A stretch of DNA of 28,405 nt from the IMG/VR virus record IMGVR_UViG_3300030390_001258. One strand, written 5' to 3'. The position numbers were made by a program, and so were the translations under genes. Every line of letters starts with the position of its first letter. Positions within the stretch are counted from its first letter, which is position 1. The notes below the pieces were generated by a model. The model had not been told where the DNA came from. It did no database searches and worked only from the letters and a program-made list of their open reading frames with translations. Shown here in pieces: positions 16,040-27,000 of the stretch. The DNA is from an uncultured virus (IMG/VR IMGVR_UViG_3300030390_001258) (lineage: Duplodnaviria; Heunggongvirae; Uroviricota; Caudoviricetes).

Positions 16040-17670
16040 TATGAATTGTCTATTATGTAATATTGTATATATAAAGTTACACTATCTAAACTACCAGAAG
16101 TTATCGCACCAGTAAACGCCACAGTAACATCTTTATCAACGGCCGCAGTTAAACTTCCTCCAACTTCTCCACTATAATCAGCTTTTAATGACCATGTTCT
16201 ATCTCCAGGCACATTATACATAAACCTTCTTTCATATAATATTGACTCAGAGTATACTGTAGTTCCATCATATCCAATACAAAGATCTACAGCAGCACCT
16301 TGCGCAGTACTACCATCTCTATCTACTAAAGCTAGCGCCTCTCCTACCATTATAATAGTATCAGTTCCTGCGTGAGCTACTAATTGTATAGGCGTACTAT
16401 GCATACTATTTAACTGAGCTTCTGTAAGCACTACTTTAGCTTGCAGCCATTTTATTACTCCTGTCGAAACTGCTGATGGTGGCAAATCTGAAGTAAGCGC
16501 CATTACACCACTTGCATCAGGTACGGTTATAGTGCGGTTAGAAGAAGTAGCATTATTTTGTAGTTTAGATTTTGTAGTATTAGTTCCATCATCTCTTACT
16601 AAAAATAAAGCATCTTCCAATGTGAGAGCTCCTGCCATCGTATCACTAACATCATTTTTTAAATAGTCATCTGCTGTTGATACTGCACTTACTGCGTCTG
16701 CATCTACATAAGCTGCAGGTATGGTAGGTTTGTTAAGTATTTGATTATCTCCACTTGAAGAGTTCCAATCACTTTGCACATTAACTTCTGCGCCTGCCGC
16801 TATACCATCTAATTTAGTTTTGTCACCATTAGCAAATGCACCTTCACTTGGTTTAACTTGAAGTGTAGATATTGTTACACCTTTAACTCCTGCTAAATCT
16901 GTAAGTTCTGAATCCATTAAAGCGCCAGATGATTCTACATTTGCTGTATCTGTAACGTCTGCATTGTTCTCTACACCTGTAGCTGTGCTATATCCAGCAC
17001 TACCGTGATTACCCCAACCATGAGCTGTATCAGCTTTAGTACCTTGTGCTGAAGTAGCATAATCTGATGAATCAAAAGCTTTAACTTGTGCTAAATTTGT
17101 TACTTCAGAATCCATCAACGCGCCAGCTGCTTCAACGTTAGTTGCATTTGGAGTAGTATTTGTGTCAGGCGGAGTAGTCCATGTCCCATCAGAATCTAAA
17201 TATTTACCTGCTGCAGCGTCTCCTGCACTCGGAGGAGGCACTAAGCCTTGTTCTCCACCTGACCCCGAATCTCCCACAAAATTTGTTTCGATTCCTGTTA
17301 AAGATCTTGGGTTAGATAAATCATAAACTGAATAAAAAACAAACATACCAGGAAATTCTTCATCTGTGTAAATTTCTAATTTATCTGTTGATCCGCTGCC
17401 CCCAAAGTGCGTAGACCCTGTAGCTCCTACTGGAAAATGATCCGCAGTAAAAATTCTAGTTTCTTGGGGAAGTAATCTTAAATTATATAAGTACTTATAC
17501 CCATCTGCAAAAGTTGAAGTATCTGTAGTGCTTACTCTAATTAGTACAACAGCTGCCTCATCACTTTCATTCAAAATACTTAAAAAGGTGACCTCTTGCA
17601 AAGCAGAAGTATTACTACTAATTTGCACAATTTTATTAGATGACGTTATGTATCCTTGGCCTACCCGCAT
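16039..17670 (-). CDS. Tail or head fibre protein (543 aa)
   Basis: Fibre shaft motifs GLVPPP.AG....YL..DGTW..P, two NVE..GALMDSE.T.LA.VK repeats, DKTKLDGI..GAEVNVQSDWN..SGD..ILNKP and RTITVPDASG..ALTSD. Beta-rich N- and C-terminal domains. Confidence 0.8.
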   Translation of the reverse strand: MRVGQGYITSSNKIVQISSNTSALQEVTFLSILNESDEAAVVLIRVSTTDTSTFADGYKYLYNLRLLPQETRIFTADHFPVGATGSTHFGGSGSTDKLEIYTDEEFPGMFVFYSVYDLSNPRSLTGIETNFVGDSGSGGEQGLVPPPSAGDAAAGKYLDSDGTWTTPPDTNTTPNATNVEAAGALMDSEVTNLAQVKAFDSSDYATSAQGTKADTAHGWGNHGSAGYSTATGVENNADVTDTANVESSGALMDSELTDLAGVKGVTISTLQVKPSEGAFANGDKTKLDGIAAGAEVNVQSDWNSSSGDNQILNKPTIPAAYVDADAVSAVSTADDYLKNDVSDTMAGALTLEDALFLVRDDGTNTTKSKLQNNATSSNRTITVPDASGVMALTSDLPPSAVSTGVIKWLQAKVVLTEAQLNSMHSTPIQLVAHAGTDTIIMVGEALALVDRDGSTAQGAAVDLCIGYDGTTVYSESILYERRFMYNVPGDRTWSLKADYSGEVGGSLTAAVDKDVTVAFTGAITSGSLDSVTLYIQYYIIDNS

Positions 17671-17671
17671 T

Positions 17672-18097
17672 TTACTTTTTTATAATAGAATCTAAAGAAA
17701 ATAATATATGAGCTGTTACTTCATCAGGAAATAAATCTTGAGGAATAGTTTTTAATTCTATCTCTAAGTCTACTTCTAATGCAGCTTTCATCTCTGCTAT
17801 TTCGTTTTTTCTTGCATCAATTAACTCTTGATTATCATTTTCTAACTGGATTACTTGCGCCTCCCACCCTTCTTCTTTAGCTTTTTGAAGTCTAGAGATC
17901 GCTCTAGCAACAGCTTCAAATTCATCTGTTGGGTTTACAAACAATAAATCATTTAATGCTGTTTTTAATAATAACGCATTATCAGTAATTAGTATACTTA
18001 AATCTTTACCTTTTAAATGTGATGCACTCCACAACCCTTTGAGTAGTTCTAAGTGTTCACCTTTAGCTTGATTTAATGTAATCATTTCTTGTGCCAT
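17672..18097 (-). CDS. Helical hypothetical protein, possible fibre assembly chaperone (141 aa)
   Basis: Acidic helical/coiled-coil protein between two fibre-like genes. Function inferred from position only. Confidence 0.45.
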   Translation of the reverse strand: MAQEMITLNQAKGEHLELLKGLWSASHLKGKDLSILITDNALLLKTALNDLLFVNPTDEFEAVARAISRLQKAKEEGWEAQVIQLENDNQELIDARKNEIAEMKAALEVDLEIELKTIPQDLFPDEVTAHILFSLDSIIKK

Positions 18098-18098
18098 C

Positions 18099-21000
18099 TT
18101 AATTTCGTTTTTTGTTTCTATTATTTTTAAACTTTGATACTTTTAACTTAGCAATCCTAGCGTTTTGTACTTGCACAAAATGCTGATCACCATGTTTAAA
18201 TGCAAAGGTAAGAAATCTATCTAAATAATTTAGAGAATCTACAACACCTTCTGAGTATGTTACTTTTCCTAGGTGGCTGTAATCTTGACAATTAAATAAA
18301 GAAGCATTACCAGTTCTATTTAAAGTATAGTCAATTAATTGAAGTTTCCAAAGTATTTCCATATCAACACCATCTAGCATACCAGTTCGCATTTGAGTAT
18401 AAACGGTTTTACTAAGATCTGAAATAGTTTTTTTAAGAGCATCTTGAATACTGTAAATATCTTTTGGTACACATTCATTTAAGTATACACATGTACCATC
18501 ATCTTTAACTGCAATTGGTATTGCTGCAATTTGACTTGGAGATTCAGGATTAATATTTAATCTAGATGTAACAGTTCTACCAGTAAAGTTAAGAGCATTT
18601 ACGTCTACACATCCTTCCGATACATCTTCTTCGCAATAGCCTGCAAGATGTGGGTATAAATCTGCATCTACAGGGTTATTACATAGCCCGTCACAGTTGT
18701 AATGTCCAACTGGATAAATACAAGTACCATCGTCTGAGACTGCATCTGTATTATAATTACATGCTGTTAAATCTGTACATCCTAAAGCATACACACAAGA
18801 ACCATCATTTGTATTGGCTGCAGCATTGTAATTAGTTGCAGTACTATCAGTACAACCATTAATAATACAGCTTCCATCATCAATAGATGCATCTGCATCA
18901 AAATTAGGCGCAGTTGAATCAGTACATCCAAAATCATCTGGCGATAATACAATAGTATCTGTAGTAGTATTAGCAGCTAACTGGCAGAAAGTAGCACTTA
19001 CTCCTGAACTAGTATTTACAGTATCGTAAATAGTATAACTATAATCAATGTCAGCACTTAAACCTGTTAAAACGGTAAGGCCATCATAATCTGAATCTGG
19101 AAGACCTCCAACTGTCCAAGTTATATTGTACCCTATGTTTGGATCAATAGATAGCTCTATAATACCATCTGTAGAATCTGCTTTTGTTGGTTTTGTGATA
19201 ATATGAGTAACATCAAATTGTTGGCAAAATTCACAAGTACCATCATTAAGCGTAGCTGTAGAGCTGTAATTCCAAGCAGCTTCTGACATACACCCGCTTA
19301 CATAAGTACAAGTACCATCATCAACTGTTGCTAATGAGTTATAATTATTAGCAGTAGAGTCTGTACACCCATTAATGCTTGCCTCACAACAATTAGTACA
19401 GGCAGAGTTTACATTTATAAATAATGCGTTTATACTTGTATCTAAAGGTATAGCAGGTAATATAGTAGCACTAGCATTAATTGCCGTTTCAGTTTGATTA
19501 AAATTAAGTGCTGTCGCATCTGTACACCCAACAATAAGAGGGTAGCAATTTAAATCTCCTTTATAAGTAGGGTCTGAAAAATCTGTATTTGGAGCTGTTA
19601 TTGGTACTCCATTTCCAGGTGCGTATCCTTGTTGGTAGCATCCAGGTGTATTAGATCCTGGCTCTACACAAGGATATGAAGCGGTAGAAACATTATCTAA
19701 GCCTATTACAGTAGATTCAATACATCCATATATATTTTCAATACAAGCACTAGTTGCTGTAGGGTTACCCGCAGTAGCTTGAGCATTGTATGAAGGTGAT
19801 TCTGGGTTTGTACAACCTGCTATGTGAGGACTACAAGAACCGTCATCATCAGTTGCAGTTGGGTCAAAATTAGAAGCAGCTGCATCAGTACATCCTGGTA
19901 TGGATTCGTAACAACACTCGTTATTTGAAAGTGCAGGTGTACACGGTATATTTGCATTTGCTACATAATTTGTAGAATTTGTTAATGCGCATCCTGATAT
20001 AAGAAGATCTCCCTGACATCCAGAATTTATATTTCCATAAGTTCCATTTGAAGCTGAAAATAAAGAGTAAGTAAACGCAGGGGTAGCATTATTTATACCT
20101 GTATATAAAGTTTGGCCGAGTGTATACCCATTACCTCCATTCTCTATAGCCACGCCATCCCCAGTTATAGTACCATAGCTATTACTGTTATATGCATCTA
20201 TGTAATCTGTGTTTGTACATCCTATTAAATTAATACAACTACCGTTGTTAAGGCTTGTGTCTCCTGTAGTGTTTGTTCCTGGAAGAGGATCAAAATTATT
20301 AATTTGCCCCGTTTCATTAAAAGATAAGTAGTGCTCTGCGTAAGCTGTATCAGTACATCCTGAAACTTTTGGTGTTAGACACATAGACGGCGTAGAAACT
20401 GCAAAAGGATTTACAATTCCTTCTAAATAATTCATGTCTGTACATGCTAGAATTAATTCATTTTTACACACAACACCTGCATTATCAGAGCTTGCTGTTG
20501 CATTACACCCAGCATCGTAGTAAGTATACTCACTATAATTTTCATCTGTACAACCATATACACTAGTACAAAGACTGTTGTTAACAATATTTGTTGTGCT
20601 AGTGTAAGCACAGTGAGATGGAGTTATAGTTACATCAACATCAGTTTCAATATCTGTATATGTTATAGAATCACTAAACTTAGTTGTACACCCAAATACC
20701 GCAGGATTCCCACACGCTCCATTACTTGCATTGTAGTAGTCAAAAGACTCTGTAACAGAAACTCCATATTTATTCGTGTAAGTAAGGGAAATTCCTGCTG
20801 GAACACCGGCATTACCAAATAGTGCTTGACCATCTGCTCCAGTACCTACTGTAGGCCCATAAGCGTTTGTCTTAGTAAAATCTGTACAGCCTGGAACAAG
20901 TACATTAGTACATGCTGTAGGATCATTAACATTAACACTAGTTCCGCTATAGGAAGTGTACAATACTACCGGGTAATTAAATGGGTTAGAGCTTACACCT

Positions 21001-24000
21001 TGATTTAAAATCTCAGTTGTAGTATCATCGTAGTGTTCTGCGTAATTACTATTAGCACACCCTATTATTGCTGGAGTAGTACATGTTCCGTTATCTATTA
21101 AAGCGCCAGCACTATCTGCATTAAGTGTAGGTGTTGCATAATATTCAAGAAAATTTGGATCTGTACATCCATAAAGAGATTTACATGCTGGATTTGAACC
21201 TATGTGTGTTCCGTTAACTCTTCTTACAGCTAATACTTTAGCTTCAGTAGTTTTAGAAACATCTCTGTTTGTCTTGTCAGTAAGAGATATAGTTTTTGCA
21301 GTGTTTGCATCAACTTGAGTTGAGCTCCAATATTGCCCTTCAAGACTAGTTACTAATCCGGTTGCTTTTAAATTTGTATATATTTCTTCTAACTCTCCTG
21401 TAGACGGTAAATACCAATCTGTAAAAGTATCTTGCACCAAGTTAGTAACTCTGTCTGCTGCTGTATTAGCTGTAGTGCACGCGGCTTCTATTGCGGTGGT
21501 ATTTGCAAGACCTCCACCTATAGCTGTTGAAGTTGCTCCTGAAACGTTTGTACCTACACACCCCCATTTTGAGTTAGCTACAGAATCTAAAGATGCTATA
21601 TAAACATGATCATTTGTTGCATCAGTTTTGTACACTATTCCGCCATCAATTACAGTACCTATTGAAGGTAATAAACTAACATCTTGACTTGCTAAAGTAC
21701 AAGGATTAAACCCTGCATTAGCAGTGCTTCCTGATGGACTTGCTTCGTATGGCGACTCGTAAGAAACTGATACTGTTATTTTACTAGCTCTATTATCATC
21801 ATTTCCTGTATGACTAGTTGGGAACGCACTATTAGCAGTGTTATTGTTTAAGTAAGCAGATTCTAAAGTTGCTTGACTATCTAACGCATATTTATAAGTT
21901 TTAATGTTTATACCCGGTTGCCCTGGTTTTAAAGCAGCGTAGCTAGTAGTTACAGTATCTATTACAGTATCTGCTCTATTTTTAGACGTAATTGTATAAA
22001 CTGCAGATGCGGCTTGAATGTCTTCATGAATAGGCGCAGTACCTAATTTTACATTAACTAAGATATTTCCAGAGTAAGCTCCAGAATCAGCGTATACATA
22101 AGGTTTTGCTTCACAAACTTCTTCAGTAACTATAGGTAAAGGTCCTAAGTATGTATCAGCAACATCTAAGTCGTAGCAACAATTAGATGGAGAAAATTCT
22201 TGATTAGCAGCTGAATTATAATTTGTAGCTGTTGAATCCATACATCCTCGAACTATGCTTACACATGAACCAGGCCCACTACTAATAGAAGTGTTAACAT
22301 CAATACCTCTAACTCCTGTTAAAGGCTGAGGGTAATCCCCAAAACCAGCAGGGGCAGTTGTTGTAGTGTAAACAAACCCACTTGGACCAGTTATACTATT
22401 TTCTAGTTGATGTACCATCGTACTAGGATTCGGATCTTCTCCACGTAATGGTTCTTGCATAGAAAATTTATCAGCAGCTGTATATTCAGTACCAAGACTA
22501 CTTCCGCTTACCCAAGGAGCACCATCTATAACGTTATGGAAGTTTTGATTAAACGTATCACCAGTTCCTACATTATTATTCCAATAATTATTATAATTAT
22601 GAGACGCAGAATCAGTACATCCAAATACTTTAGGGTAGCAAGGAGAAGTTGTATTAGTTTCGCTATGTTGATTTACATTAGCAGATGAATCATAATTAAA
22701 GGCAGTAGAATCCGTACAACCAAAAACTTTAGCTACACAAGGATCTGTTGCGTCAGACGCAGATGTTGCATTTATATTAGCCAAATTATTATAATTAAAA
22801 GCTGCTAAACCATCAGATCCAATATCATTTATAAGTTGAGCTCCGTTTGGTTCTAAACCATTGTCTGTGCACCCATAAGTTTGCTGACAAGTACCAGACA
22901 CTACAATAGTTTGTGTATATGTGCAGCCGGCTAAAGTTCCTGATTCATTAGGATATGTAAATGTTATTTTAACAAATGACGCTACACCTTTACTTGAATT
23001 TGCAGTATCATATATTCCAAGAGGGAAACTTCTTTTTAAACTTATTGCGCTTATTTCTGCATATTTATTTTCAGATAATGAATCAAATTGAATTCTAATG
23101 TCATCTTCTTTTCCTGTAGGGACACTAAATAGCATCCTACGAACTGAAGAGCTTACCCCAGCAGTACTAGTAGCTAAAACATTAGTTCCGTCCGTAACAT
23201 CGACCTCTACATTACTATCATCAGTAGTTAAAATAAACTCTAAAGTGTAACAAGTAGTCTGCCCAGAATTATCGTTATCTAAATACCCAGTATTCATGTG
23301 GTTTAATCCTCCACCAGCTATTAAATCTTCAGCTATTCCAGCTGTATTTAGCATAGCGTACATACCCGTATCTCCTGCTCCTGATCCTGCAGTAACTTTA
23401 ACTGAAGTTGCAGTAGGAGTTGTTATAACAGAATTACTAGATTCTGCTGTCCAACTACCTGCAGCATAAGCAGTAGAATTTATTAACTCAGATCTATTAG
23501 CTTGATCTAATTGCCCCCAAGATACATTGCTATACGTAAATATAGTTGTATTGTAATCCGCCGTTGGACTTCCTGCTGATGTAGGCGGATGAGTTGTTAT
23601 TGTCATTGAAGTTGCCCCACTTCCTCCTAAAGAAGTTATAGGATCTATATCATATAATGGGTCAAACGCAACATCTACTGTAGCAACTCCTGTACAATTA
23701 AGTTGCGAAATTAATGGATAAACAGCTGTGTGTTTTTTAATTTCAAAGTTACTAAATGTTATTATCGCGTTATTACTTATATTTGCCCACTCAAAATAGT
23801 ATTGATGTGTAGCGTTATATTCAAAATCAATATTAATATTTTGAGTAGCAGCATACGCTATTGTTTCAATTATAGTAGTAGTACTACCATCAGATTTTTT
23901 AAGTAGGAATGTTGCATTATCTTCTCCTCCTGTGTACACATTAGTTGCAGATAAATTGTATATATTATTTGTTTCAAGTCCTACAGCATTTATTCCGTAT

Positions 24001-27000
24001 AAATTATTAGGATTACCGTCATTAATTTCAGCTAACGGATAGATAAGTCCCCCTGCATTAACTCCAGCTGAAGGAGCAGTAATTACAAATTGAGTAGCTG
24101 TATCTGTAACAGTGTTAGCTCCAAGACTTGAATAATGCACTTTTGTATATCTAGTAGTGCTTAATAAATCACTGCCTTGAGACCCTGTCCCTAAAACATT
24201 GTATTTACCAACACCATTAATTTCGTAGTATAAATTAGCACAACAAGTACCATCATCTGTATTTACAGCAGGGTCATTTGCGATACCGTCATCATTAGTA
24301 TCATTATAATTGTAAGCTTGTACATCTGTACAACCTTCAACTATAGCGTCACAAGAAGTTGTGTGTACTGGATTTAATGTAGTATCTGTTGTTGCCTGCT
24401 CATCATAATTAAATGACGCTTCATTTGTACAACCTAACCATACGCATCCAGAATCATTAAAAAGAATTCCAGTATAATCTAGATGATTAGGATCTACTAC
24501 AGTGCCAACACTTAAATTAGTGTTATCAGAATCTGAGATTAAATAATTTTCTGCGTTTTCATTGTTAATAGTTAAAGCTGGATCTGTACAAATATCTATT
24601 GTACAACTTCCATCATCAAACGTTGCAAAAAGATCGTAATTATCTGCATACTGATTCATGCATCCACCTCTTTTACATCCTTGCTCTCCATTAGGTCCAG
24701 TTTCTCCAGCTTCAAGGCTGTAAGTAACTAGGTCACTATAGTTTGTTGCCCACGGTAAGCCGGCGTCTGCGTGACCAGGAGGGTATAAACCATCGATCCC
24801 ACAACCATGTAAATAACATTTAATTGAATCATCAGCAGAATCGCTAGTTACATCAGGACATAAATTTTGAACAATCGAAGTTATCTCGTGTATAATTACT
24901 GAATGAGTTGCAAGCAAACCTCGAACTGTGAAATTTACTAATCTATCTGTATGAGAAACTCCTGTTTTAAAGTTTATAGTATATGTACTTAATGTATTCT
25001 GATTTGCTGCAACACTTGTTACAGAGCTCTCAGCTTGAACAGGGGTAACTACAAGTCCTGAACTTATGTTAAATGGTATAGATATTCCTGGTAAAGGTAT
25101 TGTATTAATATTAGCTCCTCCAGGATTAGTTAACGATAATGCGGTATAATCTATTGAGTACGTAGACTCTGCATCAACAAAATTAGGTGCTGATGATCCC
25201 ATAATAGCGGGAGAAGCAGGAGAAGTTATTTCAAAAAACACATCTGCAGCTTGCGTTACTGTAGCGCTAAACGTTATTATATAAGATGTATTTGGGTGTA
25301 ATTTAGTACCCCCAATAGCTGAAATCTGCGGACCAGTTGTAATTGTAGTATCTTCTGTAATAGGGATACTTACATTTATTTCATTAGTAGTTATGGTAGC
25401 TCCAGTTAGTGCAGTTATTTTAACACCAGTTGCATACCCTTCTGTAGTGTCTGGAGATATAGTGTATTTTCCACTTACTCCTGGAATCCATCCTCCTGGT
25501 TGAGCAGAGCCTAACCAAGTTATTGGTTGGGATCCATATGGTAAATCCGCTATAGTCATTTGCCCAGATAACGATTGATTTGGTCCTTTGCAGTTATTGC
25601 TATTAGCATTTGCATTGTAATTTGTATACTGACCAGTTAAATCTAAATCACTTCCTACTATTACAGGGTTACTGCTATTCATACATCCAGGATATATACA
25701 CGTAGAATTATCTGCTGCAGTGTACCCAGTATCGTAATTAATAGCAGTAGGATCCGTACAGCCAGTATATAGACATGTCTTAGTATGTTGCGTTGCCGAA
25801 GAATTATAGTTGTCAGCAGCAGTTCCTGGGAATGGACTAGAAATGTTTTGAGAGTTATGTGAATTTAACACAGTGTTTGCAACCCCTGATAAACTTCCTG
25901 TAGAAACTTCTGGCCACAATCCGTGGTCCATACAGCCGTTTAAAAAACACGAACCGTCGTCTACGTTTGCAGAAGCATCGTAGTTAGTTGCAGTTGAGTC
26001 TGTACATCCAGAGAATTGACATGACCCATCATCAACATTATAATAAGATTGATAATTATCAGCAGAGCTATCTGTACATCCACTAAACTTGCAATAATTA
26101 GGCGACGTATCGCTAGTTGAATCTCCTGCATTTAAATCTCCTGTAGTAGCATTAGGATTGTAATTATCAGCTGAAGAATCAGTACATCCTACAAACTGAC
26201 ATTGAAAGTCAGTATAATTAGATGGATCATTAGTAGGAGTTATTTGAGTATTTACATCTGTTCCTGTACCTGCCGAAGTTTCTGAAATGTTCCCCTCATT
26301 ATAATTATTATAATTTGCAGCAGTCTCATTATTACATCCGTAAACTATATCGATACAAGTATTACCATCGTCATTTGTTGCATTAGGATTGTAATTAAAT
26401 GCAGTTGCGTCTGTACATCCTGAAACATACTCTGGAGCTCCACTAAGGCTGATAACATGAGTAATAGTTTGATTGTTATCTCCTATACATCTATTTGCTA
26501 TATCTTCAGCTTCGTTATTTAACTCTCCCCAATTATAACTAAAAGTTACAGACCAGCTATACAAAGATTGAGCTCCTGCATTTAAAAAGTATGGAGCTGT
26601 GTTACTGCTATTATCTAAGTAAAAATGAGTATAAAACTCAGAAACTTCAGAGCTGCGTACAGTTAATATAGTAGGGTTAGCAGTCCCTATTGCTGTAGTA
26701 GCAATATAATTAAATGTAATTACGTACGGGGTAGTCGAGTCTACTGCTGCATTGTCAGCATCAAAATCTCCGTTAGTACTAAACGAATACATTACATCAT
26801 TCTCAGTACCTGCTGCGTCTGGAGTAGTATTAAAACTTTCAGTTATACTAGTAATATTAGGAATACCATTACAAAAATAACAGTATGTAGAATCTGATAT
26901 ATTTACATTTATTGGTAAATTGTGAGACGCTGTAGTGTAACCATCGTTATAATTTACATCTACTCCTGCAACTAAAGCATGATTATAATTAACTGCAGAC

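Noticed and set aside
3228..21670. Complete diversity-generating retroelement
   Set aside because: CLec-type domains are present, but there is no reverse transcriptase, no template repeat and no non-coding space for one in this window.
416..22688. All plus-strand ORFs in the track (e.g. 416..601, 913..1221, 3859..4098, 12026..12322, 15621..15869, 22455..22688)
   Set aside because: Each lies antisense to a well-supported minus-strand gene, including the 1..1376 and 9762..9941 genes the track omitted, and none has recognisable motifs. They are shadow ORFs.
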